A DNA stretch of 64,000 nt from Gemmatimonas sp. (GCA_965279375.1 OZ257156.1:4992001-5056000); one strand, 5' to 3'. Shown: positions 40,348 to 50,933, counted from the first letter of the stretch. The notes: generated by a model from the letters alone, not told the origin. Made by a program: numbers and translations.

Positions 40348-42972
40348 GTGACTCGTAGGACTCTCTCCGCCGTATCAGCCGCGTTCGCCCTCGTGCTGCT
40401 CGCGAGCTGCGCACCGAACGACAATGCCACTGGTCCCGCGGCGCTGGCACGCAATGCCGACGGTAGCCTTCATATCGCGTCGATGGGTGCGGCCGATATC
40501 AAGGTGAACGAAGTCGAATCAAATGGCGGGACACCGGGAGACTGGGTCGAGTTGTACAACACCGGCAGCGCGCCGGTGGACCTGAGCGGCTACAAGTTCC
40601 TCGACAACGACAATACGCACGTTCCGTATACGATCCCGGCGAACACCATCGTTCAGCCCGGTGGCTTCCTGGTGCTCGAAGAGGCGCAGTTCGGCTTCGG
40701 GCTTGGCGCGGCAGACCAGGCGCGTCTTCTGGAACCCGATGGCACGACCTTGGTTGACAGCTACTCGTGGACCTCGCATTCCACACTGACCTACGGCCGC
40801 TGCCCTGATGGCACCGGCGCCTGGGCCACCACGACGATCTCTACCAAGGGCGCGGCGAACGACTGCAGCGTCCTCATCAAGATCAACGAAATCGAGTCGC
40901 AGAACGGCGTGCCGGGCGACTGGATCGAGCTCTACAATCCGTCGGCGTCGGCCGTTGATATCGGCGGCTATGTCTTCCGTGACAACAGTGCCACTGGCTA
41001 CGTGATTCCTGCGGGAACCACGATTCCCGCCAACGGCTACTTCGTTATCGAGGAGGCCGTGCTGTCGTTCGGCATTGGCGCGCCGGATGAAGCCCGCCTG
41101 TTCCGCCCCGACGGCACCACACTGGTGGACAGCTACGCCTGGTCGGCGCACGCGGCGACCTCGTATGGTCGCTGCCCGGATGGCACCGGCGGATTCACCA
41201 CGACAGCGGCCCCGACGAAGGGTGCGGTCAACAACTGCGCGTCGCCGTCCACCAGCATCAAGGTCAACGAAGTCGAGTCGAACGGCGGCCTGCCCGGCGA
41301 CTGGGTTGAGCTCTACAACACGGGCGCGGCGGCAGTGGACCTCGGCGGCTACGAGTTCCGCGACAACGATAACTCTCGGTTGCCGTACATCATTCCGGCG
41401 AACACGGTGATCCAGCCGGGTGGATTCCTCGTGCTCGACGAGGCGCAGTTCGGTTTTGGGCTTGGCGCGGGTGATCAGGCGCGACTCTTCGCTCCGGGCG
41501 GCGGCACGCTGGTGGATAGCTATACCTGGACCGCTCACGCGACGACCACGTACGCGCGCTGCCCCGACGGCACTGGCGCGTTCCAGACGGCCACGACGTC
41601 CACCAAGGGCACGGCCAACGATTGCGGCGCTGCGGTGCGCATCAACGAAGTCGAGTCGAACGGCGGCACGCCTGGCGATTGGGTCGAGCTGTACAACGCC
41701 GGCAGCTCCGCGGTTGACCTGACCGGCTTCGTGCTCCGCGACAACAACAACGCCTCCACCTACGTGCTCCCGTCGGGGTCCACGATCGCGGCTGGCGCGT
41801 ACCTCGTGCTGGACGAAGCGCAGTTCGTCTTCGGCCTAGGCGGTGCCGATGCGGCCCGCCTCTTCCAGCCGGACGGCGCTACGCTGGTGGACAGCTATAC
41901 CTGGGCGGCACACGCCACGACGACCTACGGCCGTTGCCCGAACGGGAACGGGCCGTTCGTCACGACCTCCGCTGCCACGAAGGGCGCCGCAAATGCGTGC
42001 CCCGGCGCCATCGTCTACTCGGCGTGGCCCGGCGCGCAGACGATCAGCACGGCCGATGCCGGAGCGGTTTTTGGCGGAAACATGAGCGGCCTGTTCTATC
42101 AACCGCTGAACGGATTGCCGACTGGAATCGTCTGGGCAGTGAAGAATGGTCCGGGCACGCTGTATCGCCTCACGCTCGTGAACGGCGTCTGGACTCCGCG
42201 CGCGGCGCGCACCTGGACGAACGGCAAGGCGCTTCGTTATCCCAACGGTTCCGGTGACGTGGATGCCGAGGGCGTCACGGGCGTCGGCACGTCGATCTAT
42301 GTGGCGGCGGAACGCAACAACGCGGCGAACTCCATCAGCCGCAACAGCATCCTTCGTTTCAGCGTCGCCACCGAAACCGGTCCGGTCCTCGTGGCCAACC
42401 TCGAGTGGAACCTGACCCCGGACCTCCCGGCCAACGGCGCCAATCTCGGTTTGGAAGCCATCACTCGCATCCCCGACAGCTTCCTCGTCGCACAGGGCTT
42501 TTTTGACGAGAGCAAGGGGCGCGCGTACAACCCGGCGGACTATCCGAACAACGGCGGCGGCGTGTTCTTCGTCGGCGTCGAGGCCGACGGCAACATCTAC
42601 GCCTACGCGCTCGATCATACCAACGGCAGCTACACGCGCGTTGCGACGTTCTCCAGCGGCTATTCCGGCATCATGGACATTTCCTTTGATACCGAGCTCG
42701 GACACATGTGGGCCATTTGCGACAACACGTGCATCGGTCGTTCGGCGGTGCTGAAGATCGACACGCAGGCGGCCTCGCCGCTGCGCGGTCGCTTCGTGGT
42801 GTCACAGCGCTTCGACCGCCCGACGGGCATGCCGGACCTCAACAACGAAGGCTTCACCTACGGACCGCTCGCAGAGTGCGTGAATGGCCTGCGTCCGGCG
42901 CTGTGGGCCGATGACAGTGAGACCGGTGGGTTCGCGCTCCGGCGCGGCCTGATGACCTGCTCGCCGTTCTAG
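40348..42972 (+). CDS. lipoprotein with four lamin-tail-like domains and a C-terminal propeller (esterase/phytase-like)
   Basis: Lipobox LLASC; 4x (I/V)NE(V/I)ES..DW(V/I)ELYN...YGRCPDG; C-terminal SGL/DAEG/LEAI/NNEG blades. Confidence 0.88.
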   Translation: MTRRTLSAVSAAFALVLLASCAPNDNATGPAALARNADGSLHIASMGAADIKVNEVESNGGTPGDWVELYNTGSAPVDLSGYKFLDNDNTHVPYTIPANTIVQPGGFLVLEEAQFGFGLGAADQARLLEPDGTTLVDSYSWTSHSTLTYGRCPDGTGAWATTTISTKGAANDCSVLIKINEIESQNGVPGDWIELYNPSASAVDIGGYVFRDNSATGYVIPAGTTIPANGYFVIEEAVLSFGIGAPDEARLFRPDGTTLVDSYAWSAHAATSYGRCPDGTGGFTTTAAPTKGAVNNCASPSTSIKVNEVESNGGLPGDWVELYNTGAAAVDLGGYEFRDNDNSRLPYIIPANTVIQPGGFLVLDEAQFGFGLGAGDQARLFAPGGGTLVDSYTWTAHATTTYARCPDGTGAFQTATTSTKGTANDCGAAVRINEVESNGGTPGDWVELYNAGSSAVDLTGFVLRDNNNASTYVLPSGSTIAAGAYLVLDEAQFVFGLGGADAARLFQPDGATLVDSYTWAAHATTTYGRCPNGNGPFVTTSAATKGAANACPGAIVYSAWPGAQTISTADAGAVFGGNMSGLFYQPLNGLPTGIVWAVKNGPGTLYRLTLVNGVWTPRAARTWTNGKALRYPNGSGDVDAEGVTGVGTSIYVAAERNNAANSISRNSILRFSVATETGPVLVANLEWNLTPDLPANGANLGLEAITRIPDSFLVAQGFFDESKGRAYNPADYPNNGGGVFFVGVEADGNIYAYALDHTNGSYTRVATFSSGYSGIMDISFDTELGHMWAICDNTCIGRSAVLKIDTQAASPLRGRFVVSQRFDRPTGMPDLNNEGFTYGPLAECVNGLRPALWADDSETGGFALRRGLMTCSPF
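40498..42000 (+). repeat. four intragenic tandem repeats of about 378 nt
   Basis: Unit starts near 40498, 40876, 41257 and 41635. Confidence 0.9.
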
Positions 42973-43039
42973 TCTGTCCCGCACTCGACCCAACTCTCTC
43001 GGCGTTCGTTCCACTTCATTCGACCAGGTGCACTTGCTC

Positions 43040-43684
43040 ATGCGCATGCAAAAGCTGCTTCGGCTGTTCCTTACGCTGGCCCTCTTCCTCCTGCCCGCCA
43101 CCGCGCGCGCGCAGTTCGTGGTCTACACGGACTTCGCGTCATTCATCGCGGCCACCACGGGACACCAGACGGATACGTTCGACGACCTCTTCCCGGGGGA
43201 CACACCCAATGGTCCCCTCGCTCGCAACTCGGGCGTGTACGGGTACAACGTGTCCGTCAACACGTCGTCGTTCTACGGCGCAGGGTCGATCGGCGACACG
43301 TGGCTCTCCGCCAACGTCTCCACCGACATCATGACGTTCAGCGGTTTCGATCCATCCGTACGCGGGATCGGTGGCTTCTTCTTTGGCACGGACGTGAACG
43401 GCGCGTTGGCGACGAACACCAACCTGTTCGTCACCGTCATGAGTTCGGCGGGTACGCACACGCAGACGCTGGTGAACCCGTCTGCTGGGAGTTTCTTCGG
43501 CATCGTCGCTAGCGGCAACATCTCATCGTTCTCGGTGCAGGTTGATACGCCGACCTCTGGCTTCGCCTGGCCCGCCGTGAACAACCTGACCGTCGCCGTC
43601 GTGCCGGAGCCGTCCACCTTCGCGCTCGTCGGCGCGGGTGCGGCAGTTCTCGTGCTGCTTGCACGTCGTCGCCGCAACGTGTAA
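43040..43684 (+). CDS. PEP-CTERM surface protein
   Basis: Signal peptide (ATARA), beta-rich body, VPEPSTFALVGAGAAVLVLLARRRR. Confidence 0.9.
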   Translation: MRMQKLLRLFLTLALFLLPATARAQFVVYTDFASFIAATTGHQTDTFDDLFPGDTPNGPLARNSGVYGYNVSVNTSSFYGAGSIGDTWLSANVSTDIMTFSGFDPSVRGIGGFFFGTDVNGALATNTNLFVTVMSSAGTHTQTLVNPSAGSFFGIVASGNISSFSVQVDTPTSGFAWPAVNNLTVAVVPEPSTFALVGAGAAVLVLLARRRRNV

Positions 43685-43935
43685 CACATGCGACGAATGC
43701 CCGGTGGCCGCTGTGCGCGGCCATCGGGCGCAGAGCCGAGACAACAAAGGGCCGCGCCGATTGATCTCCTCCATCAGTCAGTGCGGCTTCTTCGTTCCCG
43801 ATTGCGACAGGGCGCGGCAACATACCAAGTCGCTGGTGACGACTGACACGCGCCAACGAGGCTCTGCTTGCCGGAGAAGAAGCGACTCCGCCTCGCATGG
43901 CGTAACTGCACGATGAGAACATTCGACAATGTGCG

Positions 43936-46008
43936 CTACCGGAGGCGAAGGCTCCGTCTCGATCGCGCCGAACGCTGCCTGCCGGCCTCCGCGACCAATT
44001 CGATCCAGTACTCCCCCGACTTGAGCGTCGACAGGTCCAGCACGACACTCCGCGGACGAATGCCGACCTTCTCTGATGCGCCATCGACACGAGACGCCAT
44101 CATCGGCTCTGTCCACTGCACGGTGACCGACGACACCACGTCCAACAACTTGACTGCGGTTGCCATACGGCGGAGCAACCCCGGCGCACTCGCCGGAATC
44201 AGATTGATCGAGACGCGCAACGAGTCGCCCGCGCTCAAACCGTAGTTCTCCCAGTAGACGCCGACCGAACTTCCCGCACGCACCGTCGTTGTTGCGAGCA
44301 TCGCTTCTACCAACTCTTCCGCGTTGGCAGGCAGCACGCGATCCGCGCCAGAGGCAAACAGCACAGGCTGCGACACACCGATCGCGTCGCGCCCGAGACT
44401 GTCCAGCGGCAAGTCTGGCACGATACCGACACGCGCCTGCCCAATGAGCGGCAGCGACTCCGCCGAGCGTGCCAGCATCTCCACCTCCACGCCGAGCACC
44501 TCGCCGGGAATCGTCATCGTGCCGTCGGATACGAAGCGTCCATTCAGCGACGCGCGCGCGTCGGACACGATCTCACGAAGAACCCGCTGCGATTCCGCGA
44601 ACGACGTCGCTGTTGTCCGAACGCGCGCCGCAGAGTCGCGCAGACGGACGAGCACAGGGTCATCGACGCTCGTCCAGTCCAACGCCGTCAATACACGTAT
44701 GCCACCAACGCGCGGCAGAAATGCCATCTGTCCGGGCGCCGGCGCTTGCACGATCACCCGCGCCCGCTCGCGCATGTGCTCCTGCGGCCACCAGTAGCGC
44801 CCCTCGCCATCGCCCGTGGACCACGCGCCGGCGGGGCTGCGCAGCTGCCAGTCCTCCGCACGCGCACCCGATGGTGTGAGCACCGCGCTCCACGAGGGCG
44901 CGAAGTGCACCCGCCCCGACGAGTACTCTGCGGTGCTGTACGGCGACGCCGCCCGCCCACCACGTCCCACGTAGCTGTCGTGCCCTCCGTCGTCCGCCGT
45001 GCCAGTCCACATCGCCGCGGTTGGCCATCCGTATCGCACGAGCATCTCCGAGACGGCATCTCCCCCGCGGTTAACCAACCAGTGGTAGCGTTCATCCTCC
45101 GCAAGCGCGCTATGCAGCGCCAACATCACGCGACGAGCGTAGTGTTCAGCTCGTCGCTCGTTCGTCGCGTCGGACAACAGCGGGTCCGCCAGCCAGAAGA
45201 ATCGCGCTGCCGCCGAATCGCGCGCGGCACACGTCAGTTTCCGCACCGCCGCTCGCCCCGGCTCATCGAGCAGCGGGCCGATATCATTCCACTCGCAACG
45301 CATGGGCTCCGGCATCTGCGCAACCGCCGCCAACAACAGCGAGTCGGCGATGACGTCTGCCCGTCGATGTGCGACGTAGCCACGCAGCGCATCGCACCAC
45401 CAGCGCTCAACCTCACACGACGCGAGTGTGCGTAGTGCCCCGTCGTGGTCAGCGGCCTCGGTCCGAAAGCGCACGCGCTGCCCCAACAGCCAGCCGTCCG
45501 ACGGGGACTCACGTTGCAGCGTGTCCAGCCGAGCCAAGAGCTCCGCGCGCGACCGCGCAATCGCCGTTGCCCACCGTGGAATGAGGGCAGCATCGAGGCT
45601 GTCGCTCTCATCCGTATCGCTGGACGCTTCCCCGAGCATCCACGTTGGACACTTGGCAAAGTTTCCGCGCCCGCTGACGATCGGAGCATACGCTTCGCGA
45701 ATCATCTCCGGATACGCATCCGGGCGCGAGCTCGTGAGATTGGCCGCCGATTGCGGATGGCAATGCAGGTACCCGGCACGGATCCCCTTCGATATCGCAA
45801 AACGCGTCTGCTTGAATCGCTCGTCATCGCTTGCCTTCCACGCTGACTGCCATCGCGTGAGATACGCCACGATGCGCGACTCAGCGGTGCGCCTTACCGT
45901 GGCCGAGTCTTGCGCACGCACATCGATCGGACGTGTGAGGACGGCCGCGCAGATCGCCCACAGCAACGCTCCTATTCGCCCACGCGGTAGTCGTCGCGGT
46001 ATGGACAC
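43936..46008 (-). CDS. secreted hypothetical protein with TPR-like and GWxTD-like segments
   Basis: Signal peptide; FFWLADPLLSDATNERRAEHYARR...MLVRYGWP; starts 3 nt after the rlmN stop. Confidence 0.7.
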   Translation of the reverse strand: MSIPRRLPRGRIGALLWAICAAVLTRPIDVRAQDSATVRRTAESRIVAYLTRWQSAWKASDDERFKQTRFAISKGIRAGYLHCHPQSAANLTSSRPDAYPEMIREAYAPIVSGRGNFAKCPTWMLGEASSDTDESDSLDAALIPRWATAIARSRAELLARLDTLQRESPSDGWLLGQRVRFRTEAADHDGALRTLASCEVERWWCDALRGYVAHRRADVIADSLLLAAVAQMPEPMRCEWNDIGPLLDEPGRAAVRKLTCAARDSAAARFFWLADPLLSDATNERRAEHYARRVMLALHSALAEDERYHWLVNRGGDAVSEMLVRYGWPTAAMWTGTADDGGHDSYVGRGGRAASPYSTAEYSSGRVHFAPSWSAVLTPSGARAEDWQLRSPAGAWSTGDGEGRYWWPQEHMRERARVIVQAPAPGQMAFLPRVGGIRVLTALDWTSVDDPVLVRLRDSAARVRTTATSFAESQRVLREIVSDARASLNGRFVSDGTMTIPGEVLGVEVEMLARSAESLPLIGQARVGIVPDLPLDSLGRDAIGVSQPVLFASGADRVLPANAEELVEAMLATTTVRAGSSVGVYWENYGLSAGDSLRVSINLIPASAPGLLRRMATAVKLLDVVSSVTVQWTEPMMASRVDGASEKVGIRPRSVVLDLSTLKSGEYWIELVAEAGRQRSARSRRSLRLR

Positions 46009-46011
46009 GCC

Positions 46012-47097
46012 CTACCCGATCACCGCCAACTGTCCACACCCCGCCGCGATATCGATCCCTCGCCGCTGCCGCACCGTACTCGGCAGCGCAAACTCCTCCG
46101 CCAGAATCGACTGAAAGCGCTTGGCCGCATCGCTGCGCGTCGGCGCGCCGTCGTAGCCGGTGGTGGGATTGAGCGGAATGAGATTCACCTGCGCAGGTAG
46201 CCCACGCAGCAACTCGCCCACCGCGCGCGCGTGCTCTTCGCTGTCGTTCTTCCCTTCGATCAGCGTCCACTCGTAGAAGATCCGCCGCCCGGTCAGTTCG
46301 CTATACGTGCGACAAGCGGCCATGAGCTCGTCCAGTGGCCACTTCCGCGCGGCCGGAACCAGCGCGGCCCGCTCCGCCTGTGTGGCCGCATGCAACGACA
46401 CCGCGAGATGCATCGGCCGCTGTTCCTGAGCGAGTCGCAGAATACCGGGCACCACACCCACCGTGCTCAGCGTGATGCGTTCCGCCGCCAGCGATGGGCC
46501 GTGGGGATCACGCAGGATGTCGATGGCGTGCATGACAGCATCGTAGTTGTGCAACGGCTCACCCATCCCCATCAGCACCACATTGCGCAGTCGGGTGCCG
46601 AGTGCGTGGCGCGTCCCTCGCTTGGATGGGCCGGCTGGCGCCTCATGTCGCAGGACGCGCGCGACGTGTACCACCTGCGCGACGATCTCGCCTGGCGTCA
46701 GATGACGCGTGTAGCCCATCTGCCCCGTGGCGCAGAAGACGCACCCCATCGCACATCCCACCTGCGAACTCACGCACGCGGTCACGCGCCCCGTGAAGCG
46801 CATCAGCACCGTCTCGATACGCTCGGCATCGGGAAGCGAGAGCAGGTACTTGCGCGTGAAGCCATCGCTGGACGCGGTCTCGAGTGCGGTGGGAAGCACG
46901 CCTAGCGTCGTCTGTGCACGTAGCCGATCTGCAAGCTTCGGCAACAGCTCAGGCATCTCATCGAACGAAGACAACAGCTCGATGTACAGATACTTCCACA
47001 GTCGCTCCGCGTGCAGCGGCTTGATGTCCCATTGCACGAGCTGCTGCTGTAACTCGACGCGGGTCAGGCTGTAGAGGTTGATCGGCGGAGACGTCAT
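46012..47097 (-). CDS. rlmN: 23S rRNA m2A2503 radical SAM methyltransferase
   Basis: CVSSQVGCAMGCVFCATG, MGMGEPLHN, AVSLHA, NLIPLN, RGIDIAAGCGQL. Confidence 0.94.
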   Translation of the reverse strand: MTSPPINLYSLTRVELQQQLVQWDIKPLHAERLWKYLYIELLSSFDEMPELLPKLADRLRAQTTLGVLPTALETASSDGFTRKYLLSLPDAERIETVLMRFTGRVTACVSSQVGCAMGCVFCATGQMGYTRHLTPGEIVAQVVHVARVLRHEAPAGPSKRGTRHALGTRLRNVVLMGMGEPLHNYDAVMHAIDILRDPHGPSLAAERITLSTVGVVPGILRLAQEQRPMHLAVSLHAATQAERAALVPAARKWPLDELMAACRTYSELTGRRIFYEWTLIEGKNDSEEHARAVGELLRGLPAQVNLIPLNPTTGYDGAPTRSDAAKRFQSILAEEFALPSTVRQRRGIDIAAGCGQLAVIG

Positions 47098-47268
47098 CGT
47101 GAGGCGCTGAAGAGCACTGTAGAGCACTGAACATCCGCCGGGAAAATCTAGCGCCACCCGCGATGCACATGGCAACGAGAGGCGCCCCCGTCTTGGGTGC
47201 GCCTCTCGCATTCACTCATCAGGAGTGTTGTGCCACTGCTGGCTCAACGTCCTCACTACACTTCGGAC

Positions 47269-49206
47269 TTACGGCTTGAACACCCGCAGAATCATCGACG
47301 TCGTCCGCGTGGCCGCTCCCGCGCCCGTGGCTTCGATCGTGATCGGGTAGTCACCCTCAGCAACGGTCCCACCCACCGCAAACTGGATCACTCCCGTGGT
47401 ACCCGTGCCAATTCCGCTCTGAACGATCGCGGTCACCAGCGCCGGCTGACCACGAACGGTGAGGAAGACCTGACCCGTGTAGCCACCGTTGCGCGTGACA
47501 GTCACGGTGGCATCACCGGTGCGGATCTGACCGACCGAGAGAATGGCCGGCGTCACGGAGAGCTGAAAGCCGGCTGACGCCGACACGCGGAGCGTTGCAG
47601 TCGAACGCACCGATGCGATGCCGGTACCGCTTGCACGGACGCCCACCGTCACAGTCGACGGAGAAAGCGTGTCCGAGGTGATGATGCGCAATCGCGTGGT
47701 GTCGGTACCAGCCACGAGCGAATCGATGGCGAAGCGTCCGGTCACACCAGCAGGCAGGATGGAGTCGAGCGCGAGCCGCACCGTACCCGCAAATGGCGCC
47801 GTACGCGTCACGCGTACCAACGTACCCACGCTGTCACCCGCCACGAGCGATGCGGTATCAGGTACGAGCGAGATGGTCACGGAACCGGCAAATGCCACAC
47901 GCACCCGAATACTGCGACGCACCGAGGTCACTCCGGTGCCCGTCGCGCGTACGCCGATGGAGTACACGCCGACGGGTGTTCCCGCGGCCACAGCGACCTG
48001 CAGTACCGCAGAATCCGTCGTCGTCGGCGAGCCATTGAACGAGCCCGTCAATCCAGCCGGCTGTGAGTCCACGGCGAACGTGACCGTCCCCGTGTAGCCA
48101 TTCAGACGCGAGATGCGGAGCGTGCTGCTGGCCGAACTGCCCTGCACGATGGCCAGTGAGTCGGGGGTCGTCGTGAACGAAATCGCGGCCGGACGACGAA
48201 TGTTGACGACGATAGATGCGTTGGCCGAGGCCACACCGGTGCCGCGCGCGGTCAGTCGAACCGTACGTGTGCCTGTATCGGCGAGCGTTGGTGCCACGAT
48301 CGTCACACGCGCAGAGTCAGTTCCGGTCGGCAGCGATGCCGGCGAGACACGCACCGTCAACCCCGACGTCACCGTCGAGTCAGTCGCGATCGTGACCGCA
48401 CCAGCAAACGGCGCCGTGCGCGACACCACTACCGTAGTCGTGATGCTATCGCCCGGTGCAAGCGTCAGCGCAGTCGGCGTCGCGGAGAGCGAGATGCTGC
48501 CCGAGGCCGCGACAGTCAGGCGCAACGTCTTCGTTGAATCCGTCTGCCCCGCCACCGTGCTCCGCACGCGCAGCGGATACACGCCAGCCGCAACAGTGGA
48601 TGCGACGCCAAGCGTCAGTACCGTCGAGTCGCCAGCAACAGGCGAGACCGGCGCGAATGTCGCCGTCACACCGGCCGGCGGCGAATCCACCGCGAATGCC
48701 ACCGCGCCGGTGAATCCCGTTGTGCGCGCCAGACGCACGGTTACGCTACCAGACGCGCCCTGAGATACTCGAGCGGAATCCGGCGCAAGCGAAAACCCTG
48801 CACCCGACACCGTCGCTGCGGTGACGCTTACGGTGAGAGACTGCGTGACTGACTGGGCAGACCCACCGCTTGCGCGGATGATGAACGGCAGGCTTCCCGG
48901 CGCCTGCGATGACACGGCCGTCAGCAGCAACGTGGCCGTGTTCGTTCCAGAAGGAAGGGATGCCGGAGTGAACGTTGCGACGATACCTGCAGGAAGCCCT
49001 TCGGTGGTCAGCGCAATCGGGTCGGTAAAGCCGCTGCTGCGAGTGACCGTGATGGTCACCGTGCCGCCTGCACCACCAGCGCTGATGGTCGGTGTCGTCG
49101 ACGAGACCGCAAGCGCGATAGTCGGGAGCGGTTCAACTGGGTTGTCGTCGTTGGAGCAACCCGCCAGTAACGCGGTCGCGGCGAATGCGAGGATGAGTTT
49201 CTTCAT
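47269..49206 (-). CDS. lipoprotein with about six tandem Ig-like repeats
   Basis: MKKLILAFAATALLAGC; repeated R..G(F/Y)TG.V.L....PAG(V/I)T..F.P units of about 100 aa, Thr/Val/Ser-rich. Confidence 0.85.
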   Translation of the reverse strand: MKKLILAFAATALLAGCSNDDNPVEPLPTIALAVSSTTPTISAGGAGGTVTITVTRSSGFTDPIALTTEGLPAGIVATFTPASLPSGTNTATLLLTAVSSQAPGSLPFIIRASGGSAQSVTQSLTVSVTAATVSGAGFSLAPDSARVSQGASGSVTVRLARTTGFTGAVAFAVDSPPAGVTATFAPVSPVAGDSTVLTLGVASTVAAGVYPLRVRSTVAGQTDSTKTLRLTVAASGSISLSATPTALTLAPGDSITTTVVVSRTAPFAGAVTIATDSTVTSGLTVRVSPASLPTGTDSARVTIVAPTLADTGTRTVRLTARGTGVASANASIVVNIRRPAAISFTTTPDSLAIVQGSSASSTLRISRLNGYTGTVTFAVDSQPAGLTGSFNGSPTTTDSAVLQVAVAAGTPVGVYSIGVRATGTGVTSVRRSIRVRVAFAGSVTISLVPDTASLVAGDSVGTLVRVTRTAPFAGTVRLALDSILPAGVTGRFAIDSLVAGTDTTRLRIITSDTLSPSTVTVGVRASGTGIASVRSTATLRVSASAGFQLSVTPAILSVGQIRTGDATVTVTRNGGYTGQVFLTVRGQPALVTAIVQSGIGTGTTGVIQFAVGGTVAEGDYPITIEATGAGAATRTTSMILRVFKP

Positions 49207-49612
49207 TGGTGGCCGATGCAAGAGGTGAATGCAGCTCGGTGCCGCGTGCGATGTCATTTCGGCAACGCGCCCGCAGACGCTTACCAATGCACATGCAGTG
49301 CCGCATCCCTCTCGCTTCGTCACAGGAACAGAAATTTCACATCGGATTGAGTGCCATGAATCACTTCATGCTACGCAATCGCATCGACGTCATGTGTGTC
49401 GTGTGAAGTCGCGCACACTCGTCGGTCGTTCGCTCATGCATGACGTGCGCAGACTTCACATGAGTAGCCGCTGCGGCTGCGCACGCATTTCGTAATGCAA
49501 CTACGACATTCGCGTGAGATAGCGCACGCTGTCTTTGATAATGGACACGATGGCGCAACAGGTGTGGCTGCCCGACTGCACCGTAGGACACATTGGGGTT
49601 GGCGCTACCGCC

Positions 49613-50926
49613 CTAACGCAGCACCGTCGCGCGTTCAATGGCACCATGCTTCGGACTCTGCACGTGATGCATGTAGACGGAGCCATCCTTTCCGAAGCCA
49701 ACCAACGTGCGCCCCGGCGGCAGTTGCACGCGTTCAGTGATCTCACCCTGACGATTGACGACATCATATAGAAGCCCACCTTTCGCAGCCGCCGACGTAC
49801 TCGGCAGGATCCACACATTGCCGAGCGGATCGGCGCGCACCTGTCCCTGGCGGATGGCGGGATAGTAGTCGGGCAACTCATTCGCTTCGATGGTCATGCC
49901 CGGATCACGCGGAAACGTCGGCATGCCGGGTGTGGGCGGCGGTGGAGGCGGAAGCTTGGCCGCACGATCCGCGAGTTCCTTCTTCACCGAATCGATGAGC
50001 TTCTGCTTGTCCTCTACTTCCAGTCGCTTCCAGTCGAACGGCATCTTGGGCGACGACGACAACTTTCCGTCCGGTGTCAGCCAATCCATGTGATAGTCCT
50101 GCGCTCGCACGATGGCGATGGTCCCATCCGGCAACATGGTCCACTCATCACTCACAGGCAGCGGATTCAGCACATTGAAGTTCATCTGAAAATTGGGACC
50201 GGTGACGATCGCGTACTTGAGCAGCGGGACACGGATCATCCCGATCGTGTCCACGGTCCGCTTGTCGAAGTCTGCACGGAGAATGGGCCCGGAATCCGGC
50301 TGCACCCGAAGCGTTGTCTTGCTTGTGGCCTGGTAGCCATCGAAGGACTCGCGTTGGGACCGCACCGTTCGATACAGCATCCGCCCCTTCGGATCGGTCG
50401 CGGCCAACCCGTACGCACCGCTAGACAGATAGAACAGATCGTTCGCCTTGACTGGTGCCATCACGCGCGCAAAAAGGCCGAGCTGGTCGATCACGAGAAA
50501 TGCGCGCGACTCGCTGTCGACGAAGATGGAGGAGTCCGCTACGTATGGAATCAGTCCGCCGGCGCTCCCACGCAGTCCATAGCTATTGGGCGAATTGGTG
50601 GACGTGTCTGCGATGATCGTGTGTCGCGTGAGCGTGGAATCGAACACCACGAGCTGGCGGCGCGTGGCATCGTTGACGAGCACGCCGCCATTTGCCAGCG
50701 GACGCACGCTGGCGATGCCCATGAGAATGGTGGAGTCGCTCCGGGCAGTGTTGGTGAGCTGTCGTACTGGAATCTTCGCTGAGGTGACGGCTGCCGATGG
50801 TCCCGGCTGCGCACCGGCGACGGCTGCCATACCGCCGACCAACGTGACGGCCCTCGCGAGCGAGAAACGAACAGTCGCACTGAAAGCGGCCAACCAGCGA
50901 AGCGGCATAGTCTGAAGCATCAGCAT
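49613..50926 (-). CDS. secreted hypothetical beta-propeller-like protein
   Basis: Signal peptide, DPKGRM/DPLGNVW blades, poly-Pro insert; starts 7 nt after the TBDR-like gene stop. Confidence 0.7.
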   Translation of the reverse strand: MLMLQTMPLRWLAAFSATVRFSLARAVTLVGGMAAVAGAQPGPSAAVTSAKIPVRQLTNTARSDSTILMGIASVRPLANGGVLVNDATRRQLVVFDSTLTRHTIIADTSTNSPNSYGLRGSAGGLIPYVADSSIFVDSESRAFLVIDQLGLFARVMAPVKANDLFYLSSGAYGLAATDPKGRMLYRTVRSQRESFDGYQATSKTTLRVQPDSGPILRADFDKRTVDTIGMIRVPLLKYAIVTGPNFQMNFNVLNPLPVSDEWTMLPDGTIAIVRAQDYHMDWLTPDGKLSSSPKMPFDWKRLEVEDKQKLIDSVKKELADRAAKLPPPPPPTPGMPTFPRDPGMTIEANELPDYYPAIRQGQVRADPLGNVWILPSTSAAAKGGLLYDVVNRQGEITERVQLPPGRTLVGFGKDGSVYMHHVQSPKHGAIERATVLR

Positions 50927-50933
50927 GGTCGCC

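Noticed and set aside
40498..42000. Recurring motifs as a possible CRISPR or DGR array
   Set aside because: In-frame protein domain repeats with synonymous variation; no cas or reverse transcriptase genes.
46012..47097. cfr resistance methyltransferase
   Set aside because: Motifs and chromosomal context fit RlmN; a phylogeny would be needed to claim otherwise.
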